From positions 2,108,001 through 2,172,000 of the forward strand of contig OX597838.1 of assembly GCA_951406725.2 (NCBI GenBank): a stretch of 64,000 nucleotides of DNA. The letters run 5' to 3'. The notes below the pieces were generated by a model, which saw only the letters and a program-made list of their open reading frames with translations, was not told where the DNA came from and made no database searches. Source of the DNA: Octopus vulgaris. Taxonomy: Eukaryota. This document shows, piece by piece, positions 29,980 to 44,204 of this stretch (within the stretch, counting starts at the first letter, position 1; each line of letters opens with the position of its first letter). A program made the position numbers and the translations under genes.

Positions 29980-30343
29980 ATAAGTATGTACGTATGTATG
30001 TATGTATGTATGTATGTATGTATGTATGTATGTATGTATGTATGTCCTGATATATGTGTGTTTGTGGGTGATCTTTATTCCTACGGGCCATTTAACGACA
30101 CAACCGTCACGATAAACGATTTCTATTCCGAAAATCTGTATCACCTTTGAACAAGATATTTTCACTAACCTCTAATTCGTGTTATAGCGATGATTTAGAA
30201 TAGAGAACCTAAATTATCTTCGGTGCGTAGAACAAATGAATCGAGAGAATGAGAACGAGCAAACACTCGAAGCAGAGAATGAGAATACATATTACTTAAC
30301 TGAGGAATTTTTCTCATCTCCTACACGACTGCATATATATGTT

Positions 30344-30393
<50 letters not shown>

Positions 30394-30473
30394 TACATAC
30401 ATACTGCGAATATTACATAACACGTATACGTATGCATAAAGATATACATATATGTATATATGTGTATATTATC

Positions 30474-30516
<43 letters not shown>

Positions 30517-30622
30517 GAGTATAGAAATTCGGGGTGAGTACTTGATAATTATAAGCACCTGTGTATACCGTTTGGTGGTGTAGGTGGTGGAGTTCGCCTC
30601 ATGTTTTTATTTTTATTTTGAT

Positions 30623-30690
<68 letters not shown>

Positions 30691-30944
30691 GTATGTGTGC
30701 ATGTGTGTGTCTGTGCGCTCGCGCGTGTTGTGTGTGTGTAAAATATTGTGTTTTCTTTCGAAAAAGTTTTTTTCCCCAATTACTTGGACGTGCTCAGGTC
30801 GAACCCGAGACGTTAGATATCATATAACTTGTTTTAAGAAGGGACAAAATATAGATAATCATTCCATAGCTATGATTTACATCCACAGAATAAATACAAA
30901 TAAGACGAAATTACAGCAAGACAAGGAACACATCTATATATTAT

Positions 30945-31300
30945 TTAGAATAGAAATAAGAATTATCATATCAGGTAAAATTCTACACGAAAGGGATAGA
31001 TAGCTAAATAAAGGGTGATTATCGATTAAAAGTCATATTGAATTTAAAATTTAAAAAACCTTGAATTCAGAATAAAAATTTGTAAGATAGATCGGTGGAA
31101 GAGAGAAATTGTAATGATGGATCTAAAAGTTTAGAGAAGTTTCGAAGAAATGCTGATAGAGAGTTATGACGTCATATATGAAGCAAATCGACAGCCGTTT
31201 CTGGAGTCCAAGTGTGAATCCTTTAGTTTCACACTGCCAATGTCCCCTTCATCGGGAATGAATAAATCAATAATTATGTTTAAAGAAATGTAAGAGAAAA
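30945..31300 (-). mobile_element. PLE-like insert with degenerate hammerhead
   Basis: Minus strand 31186-31260: attc CCGATGA [stem including agtgtgaa/ttcacact] GAAA cggctg TC gatt. Confidence 0.5.
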
Positions 31301-31324
31301 GAAGATTTTTAGGTATATATATAT

Positions 31325-31382
<58 letters not shown>

Positions 31383-31725
31383 ATGTAAAGCTTGTTAAAC
31401 TGACATTTCTGGAGTAGAACCATGCTAGAAGCCATTAGCCATTTTGTCTAACTTTGTATGACCGTCTAGAATAAGGATTCGGTCTGATACCGACAGGTTT
31501 CGAGCATTTCTACTACGTTCCTGTGAGAATTTTAGAATGAGGCAAGAATGGTCGGTTGTCTTCTTTAACAATTCCTCACCTTGCATCAACCCCTCTAATT
31601 CTAAATCGGTCGTGGCTAATTTATTCCAAGCAACTCTCTTTGAACTTAGACTTTCTTTAAAAACTGACAAACATAAATTAAGTTATATCTACGAATCGAT
31701 CCACATGAACGCAGATATACAAAGT

Positions 31726-31809
<84 letters not shown>

Positions 31810-32001
31810 TGCATGTATGTTTATATACACACTCTTACATCTCTACAGTGCCATATTAAGGCGGGTGTATATATATCGATATAGATATTCCCCTGCTGCA
31901 AACAGGGTTTCAAAGAACAAAAACGATATTTTCAGTTGGAACTTCATTGGCCACAGGTCTCTTGAGTCAACGGTCATCTGGTGATAAACGTCATCACCAT
32001 C

Positions 32002-32047
<46 letters not shown>

Positions 32048-32167
32048 CCATCATCATCATTATCGTCACGTTCACTAACAACAACAATAGCTACAGCTAC
32101 TACTATTACTACTGCCACTACTACAACTGCTTTGGCTGCTTTGGCTGCTGCTGCTGCTGCTACTACT

Positions 32168-32249
<82 letters not shown>

Positions 32250-32496
32250 CACAGCTACTTCAATTAACCCCGTAAGATCTCGTTTCGAATAATCACATTC
32301 TATATTGCGCTCCAGGGCAGGTGTAGTGTGGATGAAAGCCACAACAGTGGAGTGCCTTTAAGGGAGTTTTCTGTATCTTAGGTTAATTATAATAGTGACC
32401 AATTTAGGATTAAAGAACAGCAACATCTTATACAAAATAGTAAGATGCATCTGTACACATACGGACGCCAATCATATAAACGCATACATACATACA

Positions 32497-32585
<89 letters not shown>

Positions 32586-32696
32586 TTAGAGAACTTTGGA
32601 AGTCTGCTTACAACCTAAATTTGCTTTTTATAGAACTATCTTCGATACTTCATGAGTGTAGCCTCACCCACTAGGATGCTTGGAGAACTCATATGT

Positions 32697-32791
32697 GTTT
32701 TGGCTGATGAGTACGGGACACTTGCAATCGCTGCAATATTTGCAGCTTTTAATAAAGCTGGTCTTCGTATGAAACATTTGTACTGAAAAAC
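32697..32791 (+). ncRNA. Type-I hammerhead ribozyme motif with intact core and extended stem II
   Basis: gttttgg CTGATGA gtacgggac…gtcttcgtat GAAA catttg TA ctgaaaaac; stems I, II and III all pair; lies in insert ~32583-32936 bounded by (TA)n. Confidence 0.75.
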
Positions 32792-32933
32792 TAATCCCTT
32801 CTTGTTGCTTTTTTCTTGTTTATAATCACCCCACATTATTGGATGGTTAATACCATATAGTTTTCTGGTGCATCTAAGTTAAGTACCGCATTCAAGCGAA
32901 TTCAAAAGAACTCATTTGGATCTTAATTGCTTT

Positions 32934-32972
<39 letters not shown>

Positions 32973-33119
32973 TATACATATATATACATATATATATATT
33001 CACTAACAGCTACATTATGGTACTCTCCCGATTATAGGATGTTCTTGCACGCTGCTGGCCACAGTGCACCTCGCAACATCCCCGCGCCCCGATCGGAAGA
33101 GTATTCTGTCGCAGGATTG

Positions 33120-33275
33120 GGTGACTTATCTACAGCTGAGTGGATTAGAGCAACGGGAAATGAAGTGTTCGCCCAAGAACACAACGCACCGCCTGGTTCG
33201 GGATTCGAAACCGAGCTTTAGTATATAGAAATCGCGAGTTGCATCACCCTAACCAATGGGCCACCCCGCCTTCAC
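33120..33275 (-). mobile_element. tRNA-head CORE-type SINE (family B), 5' part
   Basis: gtgttcgcccaagaacacaacgc…gggattcgaaacc…ccctaaccaatgggccacc; reverse homolog of 46028. Confidence 0.7.
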
Positions 33276-33335
33276 AACAGCCATATAGAGGAATTTTTAT
33301 TTTCTTAAAATAGGAAGATGCATCTTTACACAATT

Positions 33336-33369
<34 letters not shown>

Positions 33370-34261
33370 CCATTATCGTTCCCTTCATCCTGAAAATCTT
33401 CACTGCTATCACTACCACCACTACCACCACCTCACCACCAACGTCCCCCCATCCTCCTCCTCTTAAAAAGAAAAAATACACACATTTTACCGATTTATGG
33501 AGTTTTGTGAGCAGTGACTGAGAGGTGAATGGTCACTGGAGTGTGACCTTCATTTTGTGCTGAATTTCTAAGGTCAAGTGAGATCTTGAAGGACGAGTGA
33601 CCTCTGTGGTATAAACTTTACGTAAAACGTTTAAAGGATGTTGGTAGACTTGGCAATACAAACCTATGTTTGTCTACACAAATATGAACAGATTTATACA
33701 CACGTGTGTATACGTGTGCAACACTATCATGAATGCAACTACATGACAACATATCAACATGGATAGTTCACATTCAAAACTATACACACCTGCACACACA
33801 AACACACGCACACATATATACACACATATAAATCCGCAAGCATATTATACACGCAGGTTTACTACTGAAAAAATAATTAGACCATGAAGATTGCTGCAAT
33901 ATTCGCGATGTAATGGCGATGTGTTGGGGGTGGGGGTGGGCATGGTGATAAGGATGTTGGAGACGGAGGGGTTATATTACTGGTTGCCATAGAAACAAAA
34001 GTGTGTCTTAATGTTTCTAACCAATTCAAAAGGCACATTTGAAAGATAAGAGCCAAAAACCAAACACAAACACAAGAAACAAAAAAAATCTCCGTCATCG
34101 TCGCTGCCATCTTCACCGACATCGCTAAGAGTTTACTATCGCCGCAACACTTATAATCGCAAAGACCAGTGGTGCTGGCAGTGGTCACCCACAACTGACA
34201 ACTACCTCTGCCGCAACTACTCCACCCACCACCAATATCAACACAGATGCTATTCGGCTGC

Positions 34262-34487
34262 AGCCATCACCATCATCACTATCATCATCATCACCCTCAT
34301 CACCATCATGCTCATCATCATCATGACCATCATCACCATCATCATCATCACCATCATCATCGACATCATCATCATCATCATCACCCTCACGACCATCACC
34401 ACCACCACCACCTCCATCATCATCATAATCATCACCATCAACATAAACTTCATCATTACCACCTCCATCGTCACCGTCATCGTCACC

Positions 34488-34545
<58 letters not shown>

Positions 34546-34711
34546 CCATCACCATCATCATCAACAAGAACCAAAAAACAACAACGACAACAACATTACA
34601 AATTCCTGTCTCCTCTTCTTCATTGCTAATAACAATAATTCGTGTTGTTGTTATCGTTGTAATGGTTACAAATCATTCATATAATAATGATGATGATTAG
34701 AACAGCATCAC

Positions 34712-34744
<33 letters not shown>

Positions 34745-34911
34745 TATTATTATTATTATTTTTATTATTATTATTATTATTATTATTAAGTTGATGTTAT
34801 TGCTGTTCTTATAATAATTATAATTAACATTACTATCAATCATCAATCATCACTTTCATTGCTACTGTCATCACCTTTATCTTAATCATCATCACCATCA
34901 TCATCATCAAC

Positions 34912-34954
<43 letters not shown>

Positions 34955-35001
34955 ACATCATTGCCATCATCATCATTGCCATGATCATCATGATCATCAT
35001 G

Positions 35002-35038
<37 letters not shown>

Positions 35039-35255
35039 ACATCATCGCCATCATCATCAACATCACCACCACCATCCTCATCATCATCAACATCATTGCC
35101 ATCATCATCATTGCCATGATCATCATGATCATGATCATGATCATCATCATCATCATCATCAACATCATCGCCATCATCATCAACACCACCACCACCATCC
35201 TCATCATCATCAACATCATTGCCATCATCATCATCATCATCATCAACATCATTGC

Positions 35256-35307
<52 letters not shown>

Positions 35308-35520
35308 GTGGTCGTCGTTACGCTAGACGATATCGTCTTTATCATGACCACCACCAACCAACACTACCGCTACCCTCGCCATGTCATCGTCGTCATGGCT
35401 CTCATCATTTTCAGAATTATCTTCATCGTCATCTCTCCCACCATCACCCATATCCCATTATCATCATCAACATCGTCATCATCATCATTGTCATCATCAT
35501 CATCATCAACATTTATCATC
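34262..35520. repeat. Large (ATC/ACC)n low-complexity array with higher-order subunits
   Basis: Recurrent atcaacatcat(c/t)gccatcatcatc and atgatcatc units at 34880-35310. Confidence 0.9.
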
Positions 35521-36485
35521 ACGCTTTTTCTGAGCCCCGATGTTTGAGCACGCCGCCAAGCCCTCCATTTCCCCTCCCCCCACGCTCGCCCCACTCCCTA
35601 CGCCATCCCTTCATCCCCGCCATCTTCTACGCCCCCTCCATCCCCCGCCACCATCGGTGCCTTTTAGTCATTATCCTCTTGTCTTACCTCAAATTCCTAA
35701 AACCATTCCTTCTGTCTGTGATTGCAACAAAGGATCTAACGATTTCCCAGTCTTGTAATCTCCCAAGACATTTATAGATTGTCTTTATGGCGCTGCCATC
35801 GATTTGTATCGATTTCAGCGCAGCCCTACAAACACCCCCACCACCACCACCACCACCATCAGCATCACCACTACAACAGCCATCGCTACCCCACCCCTAT
35901 CATCACCATTATCACCATTATCATCATCGTCATCACCATTATCCTTCACATTATCCTGAAAATAATCTTCACTACCACCACTACCACCACCTCACCACCA
36001 GCGCCCCCATCCTCCTCCTCTTTTTCCTTTTCCTCATCATGATCATCATCGCCATTATCGTTCACATGATCATCATCATCATCATCATCATCTTCAATAT
36101 TATCATTCACATCATGTTGAAAACATCTTCATTGTGCTATCACCAACACCAACATCACCGCCATCTCTTCCCCCTCTCCCACACATTACTCCTCCTCCTC
36201 CTCATCATCATCATCATCACAACCATTATCGTTCACATCATCTTGAAAGCTATCTTCATGGCTACCCCCCATCACCGCCACCACCGCAATCGTCACCCTC
36301 CACCTCCATCGGCCATCAGCTATTCGCACTCACAGAACACATTCTACTACTGCTGCTGCTGCTACAATAAATGTCATCAGAAACATCACCACTACCAGCG
36401 TCACTGGCACCGCAACCACCACCACCACTGACAATACTATTACCACACGACACCATCCTTGTCACTCTTAATATCCTGACCACGA

Positions 36486-37092
36486 AGGCAGCGAGAGCTG
36501 GCAGAATCGTTAGCGCGCCTGGCAAAATGCTTAGCGGTATTTCGTCTGCGGTTACGTTCTGAGTTCAAATTCTGCTGAGGTCGACATTGCCTTTCATCCT
36601 TTCGGGGTCGATAAATTAAGTACCAGTTACGCACTGGGGTCGATCTAATCGGCTTAATCCCTTTGTCTATCCTTGTTTGTCCCCTCTGTGTTTAGCCCCT
36701 TGTAGGTAGTAAAGAAATTGGTATTTCGTCTGTCTTTACGTTCTGGGTTCAAATTCTACCGGGGTCGACATTGCCTTTCATCCTTTCGGGGTTGATAAAT
36801 TAAGTACCAGTTACGCACTGGGGTCGATCTAATCGACTTAATCCCTTTGTCTGTCCTTCTTTTTCCCCCTCTTCGTTTAGCCCCTTGTAGGGAATAAAGA
36901 AATAAGAAATGTTAACAAACCGGGCGAAATGCTTAGCGGTATTTCGTCTGTCTTTATGTTCTGATTTCGAATTCCACCGAGGTCGACTTTGTCTTTCATT
37001 CTTTCGGGGTCGATAAATTAAATACCAGTTGCGTACTGGGTCGATCTAATCGACTGCCCCCACCTCTTGTGCCTAGTGTAGAAAAGATTAAC
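36486..37092 (+). mobile_element. Meta/MESC-like SINE with three tandem body units (family A)
   Basis: Head gagctggcagaatcgttagcgcg, then ggtatttcgtctg…gtcgacattgcctttcatcctttcggggtcgataaattaagtaccagttacgcactggggtcgatctaatcg recurs at ~36536, ~36720 and ~36938. Confidence 0.9.
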
Positions 37093-37594
37093 ATCCTGAC
37101 CCCGGCCAACGAAGCTATCAAAACTAGCAGGAACCCCACCGCTCACAACAACCCCGTCAACATCACCGCTATAGCAAACAACACTACCGTTACGACAACT
37201 ACAACTACTACTATCACGACCACGATCACCACCACCACTACTAAACAGCCAACGCCATCACCGCCTCTATACCACCGGGACTCTCATTACAGTATGCTCT
37301 ACTTAGCAACATTATCACCACCACTACATTTAAATCCCACCACCACAACGACCACCACCAACACCACCACTACAGCGCGGCCATTGACCCGTACTACCAC
37401 TACCTCAAACACCACAGTATCTGTACCACAGTAGTTCAGCCTGCAAGAAATAGCAGCTATATAGCCTTACATTTTTCCGATACCAAAACCCATTCGACAT
37501 AGCAAATGGTTGCCATTCGAAAATTATACTGGCCCGAGGAGCAAGGTTTTCAACTCGGAGTGGCGTCCTCTAAAATCTTTACTTTTACGCCGCT

Positions 37595-37812
37595 AAATAT
37601 TGGTTTCAAATTTTGCCACAAGTCCAGTAATTTCGAGGGAGGGCAAAAGTCTATTACATCGACTCCAGTACTCAACTGGTATTCATTTTATCGAACTCGA
37701 GAGGATAAAAGGCAAAGTTAAACCCAGCGGAACTTGAACTCAGAATGCCAAGACGCTCGAAACTCCGCCAAGCATTTTACGCGGCCTGCTGACGATTCTG
37801 CCAGCTCAGCGC
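37595..37812 (-). mobile_element. Family A SINE
   Basis: gataaaaggcaaagtt…gaacttgaactcagaa…aagcatttt…gacgattctgccagctc. Confidence 0.8.
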
Positions 37813-38248
37813 CTCTACACCACGAAATATTACAATTCGATCTACCACTGCAAGTAATGGGTGGGCTTCTTTCATTCCCAATTTCAAACATCACTACGCC
37901 ATGTCTGGTGCACTAGGGCATATATCCGACTCCCCCACCCCACCTAGACTACTTGATTTTGCCTCCTCCATGTGTTACCAGCATCACTTCTTAAACCAAA
38001 TAACCTGGTGGGTCGAGTATTTTGATTATTGATGACCCCACTATATAAATGTGTCTCTTGTTACTAGTCGCGCTCTGTGAACAACACTTTATACTCGAAC
38101 ACACAATGCTTACATTCCACTAAGTGTCCATATAACGAAATGAAACAAAAAAAAAATGAACGAAGAAATTCAGAAATGGAGAATTACTACAATTCTATCA
38201 TTAACCATTCCACACATTCGTATTTCTTCCATATTTTCTGGAATAAAG

Positions 38249-38328
<80 letters not shown>

Positions 38329-38373
38329 GCCTGCAAACATATATATACATATGTGTGTGTGCGTGTGTGTGTC

Positions 38374-38417
<44 letters not shown>

Positions 38418-38775
38418 TGTGTGTGTGTCTTACATACACAAATACATATCGATATGTTTACATATGTGGATATAACCTCTTAACCACAGAACTGGCCATG
38501 CAGTTTTATGAATATAGTATCGCACCTGAGCAGGCTCTTCGCCGGGCCCCACCGTCCCTACAGCTGCGCTCGTCTTTCATCCTGGTCTCCACCCCATTCA
38601 CATCCAGATAACACAAGCCAAACACTTCTAATTCTCTATTCGTATCATGTAATACAATATTCTGTCCACAGCTAACCTAGCAGTCTCCCGGCAGAAAATC
38701 ACCATCAATCATTAATGCCAGGTGATATGCTGTTTGCGTAAATATTCTGACAGATCAGAAGACGTGTGCGTGTAC

Positions 38776-38817
<42 letters not shown>

Positions 38818-39085
38818 AAGTGTGTTGAGTGTATATCTATATCGGTGTATGTTGGTGTGTCTGTATGCTGTGTTAGCAGAGAGACGAATATTTCGGAGTA
38901 GAATATTTCACAAGTGAAGAAAGAAAAGAAGTGTGTGTATGTGTGGAAAGTGTATATTTATGTGTTCGTGTGTGTGTTTGTATAAGTACAAAGGGGTAGC
39001 GCTTGTAAAGTATATGTTAACATAAAACGGTGTTGTAACGGCCTTGTGCGTTAAAAACCCACAACATGTTCAGAATGTCGTCGGT

Positions 39086-39136
39086 CGATCGCCTGACACC
39101 GGCGTTTCGACCTAATTTTATCTCCTCAGCAAAAAC
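39086..39136 (-). ncRNA. Minimal hammerhead-like motif
   Basis: Minus strand: CTGAGGA gat-aaaattag-gtc GAAA cgccggtg TC; quasi-palindromic stem III; stem I poor. Confidence 0.55.
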
Positions 39137-39405
39137 ACGCCCAGAATATTTGAACTTAGTCTAAATATTGGTTTCCCTAAAGAAATCAGCAAAAACAAGG
39201 CATTCGTTGAATTCTGTGAAAACCTAACACCTAGAATTACATGTATATAGGTAATTGAATTGCAATTATATTAACACAACTATGTGTATAACATTCATAA
39301 TGTCTATACAAATAGTCTCACTGAAAAACTTCACTTAAGGCTCTGTGTAAAAAGCAGTAAATATGTATGTATGTGCGTATGAATATATGTATGTATGTAT
39401 GCATG

Positions 39406-39451
<46 letters not shown>

Positions 39452-39534
39452 AGTATACATGCATACATGTCTGACTGTATGTATGTATGTATGTATGTAT
39501 GTATGTATGTATGCGCATATGCTCTCTTCTGTTT

Positions 39535-39770
39535 AAATTCTTCCTGCAAGGAAGGAGTTGATTTCTAACAGAGACATAGTTCCATCATTGGAATGTAGAT
39601 AACAATAACAATATGATATCTTAATCCTGAGAAAAGTCTTGCATATTCTTGCTGTTCCACTAAGAGATTGTGATAGTAATCTGCGAGTCAGTTGATCGGT
39701 TATTTTTTCTGAAAAGCCCAGCTTATCCAGATTGCCACAAAGTCAAGTGAAGCGAATATTACTGGTAAGA
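39535..39770 (-). mobile_element. RLE LINE C-terminus and 3' UTR fragment
   Basis: Minus strand reads LLSQSLSGTARICKTFLR, homologous to the VSGTIKICK end at ~26860. Confidence 0.6.
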
Positions 39771-40394
39771 ACGTCAGTTTATAATTTTAAATGAATGTAA
39801 TTAATAACAACCACTGAGAACTTGATATGGGCTTCCTTATTCGACCCGGGGTTGATAATAGGCAAGGATAACTCCGGTGGAATTTGAACTGAGAACGTGT
39901 AAGAACTGGAAAAATTACTGTTATTTTCTCCCAAACCCGAACGATTCCGGCAATCCGCCCAGAAAAATACGGTGACACACAGACATTCCAGTAAAGACGA
40001 ATATATTTAGACAGTGCCGAGAGCGGATATATATAGCCATGAATAACATAAAAGGCGTACGTATTCTTATATTTCAATGTTTATAGACTATAAGTATTAT
40101 ATCTATCAATAGCTTAACTTCATACGTAGGAATACGTGTGTGTATGTGTGTGTGTATACAGACACACACATATATATATACATATATATATTATATATAT
40201 TATATACATATATGTACTTATTTACACATGCATATATATATATATATATGTATGTAGACATACATACATACACACACAACTCGTATATGTATGCATTTGT
40301 AGATATAAAAAGGTTACGATCATGTGTCCACAAGAAAGAAGTCCAAGTTGGAAATTATAGTACGTGTGTGTGTGTATGTGTGTGTATAGTAATA

Positions 40395-40427
<33 letters not shown>

Positions 40428-40463
40428 CTATGGACGTATATATATATCTATCTATCCCTCCAA

Positions 40464-40499
<36 letters not shown>

Positions 40500-41479
40500 G
40501 TCTGTCTGTCTGTCTGTCTATCTATATCTCTATCTATGGACGTATATTTATTACACATCAAGTATAGATGAATAAAGATGGACTCCTTTGTTATGTTTTT
40601 ATTCATATTGCGGTGTTTTTTTATTGCTGTTGTTGATGCCAGTATTTCTGCTGTAGCACTGGTATCCTTCTAATGCTACTACTACTACTACGACGACGAC
40701 GACGAAGAGGAAGAAGAAGAAGAGACGACGATGACAGCTGCTATTGCTGCTGCTTCTGCTGCTGTTGCTACTGTTGTTACTGTTGCTGTTGCTGATACTG
40801 CTGCTGTAATGTTGTTGCTGCTGTTGCGACTGTCGCTGCTGTTGAGGTTGCGTGGTTTTTATCTTCTTCTTCTTCTTCTACGTTTGTATCTCTCCTTCAT
40901 TTGGTGAGTTTGCAGAATGTCTGTTACGTATTTTCATTTTTAAAGACAAACTCACTGCAGTTATTCTGAACAAAAAGATGTCCCTCTTTATCGTTAAACG
41001 GGGAAAAAAACTCCAAATCTGTCCTGGTGCTCTCTCTAGCAGATTCTCAGACGAGTTTCTGCCTTTTTAGCCTTCCTCATTGGGAAATACTGAAGAGAGA
41101 TAACTTGGGAAGATTCAAGACTATATCTTTATCTAGAAACAATCCGCATCAGTGTCTGAGCTGCGCTCGTGGGCCGCCTGGTAGGAACAAAAAAAGAAAA
41201 AACAAGCAGAGTTAGCATCAAGCAGTGATATGATGTAGAGAAGCGTTTGTGACATTTTTTAACTTCTAAAGACAAAATCACCTCAGATCTTGTGGGGAAA
41301 AATTTTCTCTTACGGTAAAAGGTGTAAAACCTAAATATCTGCCAAGTGCCTCCCACCCTAGCGGATTCCCAGGTGGCCGTTTCTGGCTCTTTAAACTTGC
41401 AGAATGGGAAATTACTGGATGGGTAAGCACCAAGCAGTAATTAGGAATAATCACTGCTTGGTGCTGGTACTGTTATCGT

Positions 41480-41632
41480 TACGTCCTAAGATCAAATCCT
41501 GTCTAGGTCACGCCTGACTTTCATCCTTCCGAGATCGATAAATGAAGTACCGGTTGAATCCTCGCTTCGATGCAATCGATTTACCCACCTCCCTCAAACT
41601 TGCTGGCCTTGTGCCAAAATTTGAAACCAATA
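41480..41632 (+). mobile_element. Family A SINE, partial
   Basis: ctttcatccttccgagatcgataaatgaagtacc…cttgctggccttgtgccaaaatttgaaacc. Confidence 0.75.
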
Positions 41633-41972
41633 TTTTCTATAAACCCCAAAACTGATTGTTTTCAGTGCTGTTGTCATTAGACATGACTGTCTCTGTTAAT
41701 CCAACATGGCGCCCTGCCGTTGAAGGACGTTTATTTGATGAGTTTACGATCGAAGTAAGAAGTAAATTGATGTGGTGCAGGTTTCGATGATGAGTTTTCT
41801 ACTTGCCTGCTCATGAGAACAACGAAATCAATGAATAATACTGTAAGTGGCTGAGTATACGTAGGTCCTTAGACATTTGTTTATTTCACATCAACGTCAG
41901 TGACTCTGCTTTTAATGACGTCTGTGTACCAAGATTGGTTCCTTTAATTACACCTTCAGTCTCTCTGTCTCT

Positions 41973-42011
<39 letters not shown>

Positions 42012-42138
42012 GCTCTCCATCTCTGTCTCTTTGACGACTCTGTATCTCTGTCTCCCTCCCTGTCTGTCTTTCTCTCTGGCACTCTCTCCGTCAGTGTTTC
42101 GGCCCCACATTTGACTCTCCCTCTCTCCAAATCTCTCA

Positions 42139-42211
<73 letters not shown>

Positions 42212-42326
42212 ACTATATACGTATGTATGTATAGTATATATATACGTGTGTGTGTGTATAGTATATATATACGTGTGTGTGTGTGTACATATATATACAT
42301 ATATATGTATATGTATGTATATATAA

Positions 42327-42358
<32 letters not shown>

Positions 42359-42439
42359 GTATGTATATACATACATGTATCTATCTATATATGTATATAG
42401 ATGTATGTTTATATATATGTATATATATGCATATATGTG

Positions 42440-42481
<42 letters not shown>

Positions 42482-42485
<4 letters not shown>

Positions 42486-42538
42486 TAAAAACGGTAAGAT
42501 AACAAAAGAAAGAAAAAGACCTCAATATTATGTAAATA
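42482..42538 (-). mobile_element. Terminal fragment of HHR-bearing element (same family as 53281 and 55791)
   Basis: ttggtaaaaacggtaagataacaaaagaaagaaaaagacctcaatattatgtaaata immediately after (TA)n. Confidence 0.8.
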
Positions 42539-42787
42539 TATATATATATGTATGTCTATATATACACATCCACATTTGAATATGTGCATTTGTAGTGTAT
42601 GTGTGTGTGTGGAGAGGGAGAATGTCTGAGAGAGCGGGAGAGAAAGATGAACGGAGAGAGAGAGATGGAAAGACTGTGTTCTGTAATGGAGGTGCCAGAG
42701 ATCGAAAGTAATGTGGCGTAAATGGAGCAATGGAACATCGGTTGGTGAAAGAGAGACAGAGGGGGAGCGAGAGGGGGGAAAAAGATA

Positions 42788-42861
<74 letters not shown>

Positions 42862-43236
42862 GTGTGTGTGTTGGAATGAGATTGAAGAATTTAAAAGAAG
42901 CGATTGGAGATTGGAAAAAAGCGGCGCTGGGACACTGAGTAATGGCAATATAACGGTAGAGGAATTAAGTTAAATGATGCAGATGATTGATACAGAGACT
43001 GACTGACTGACTGACTGGCTGGCTGGCTGGCTGGGTGACCTACAGACAGACAAGCGGACAGGTAGTCAGACACACAGACAGACAGATCGCCCACCATCCT
43101 CAGACGGTTTCCACATACACATAGAGACACATACACACACACACATTCCTGTGACCACCCCACTCCACACATTTTCATAGTTTTTACTTACACATATTGT
43201 ATATGTAAGTGCATGTGTGTGTGTTGTGTGTGTGTT

Positions 43237-43267
<31 letters not shown>

Positions 43268-43716
43268 GTACTGGTAGCAACCCATACAAACTCGTCTTTT
43301 AATAAATGCAGTTACACCCTATTTTACAGTATTGAGTACTTATTACATAATATTGCAAAAGAAGCAGTGTACCCAAGATTACACATACACGCACAAACAC
43401 ACACGCACACGTATATATTATAACACATAAACAAATATATACATCTCTGCATATACTAATAAATACAAGCGCTTATATGTATGGTGTACATCTGTATATA
43501 TGTACATACATATATATATATATACATGCATATATATATATATATATATATATACATGCATATATATATATACATATATATATGTATGTATATATACATA
43601 CATATATATATACATATATATATATGTATATATATATATATACATACACACACATATATATATGTGTGTGTATGTATGTATATATATATATGCATACATA
43701 CATATATATAATATAC

Positions 43717-43765
<49 letters not shown>

Positions 43766-44142
43766 CATACATACACACATATATATATATATATATATTA
43801 TACATACATATATGCATACATACATATATATAATATATATATATATCAAATATATGTATGTATATATATATATATATGTTGTGCATCTGATGCAACTGGG
43901 TGTGTATGTTTGTGTTTGTGTGTGTGTGCGAGCGCGGTCAGTGTAGAACGTAACCCGTTAACCTTTCCTGCACCTGCTCCTCTTCAGATAATTTATCAGC
44001 CACTTAGCTGAGTCTATTACGGTCAGCTTGCTACTAATGACGGCAAACATAGAAACGTATCATATCTTGGTTTGATTTATAAGATCGGAATTAACCTCCA
44101 CAATATCGAGGAATTATGAATTAACGTCTAACAGTGAACCAG

Positions 44143-44204
<62 letters not shown>

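Noticed and set aside
34247-34684. His-rich ORF as a histidine-rich structural protein
   Set aside because: (CAT)n microsatellite open in several frames; no signal peptide or Gly/Ala motifs
34836-35357. Met-rich ORF as a reflectin-like cephalopod protein
   Set aside because: Pure (ATG)n derivative lacking the Tyr/Arg/Asp-rich reflectin motif
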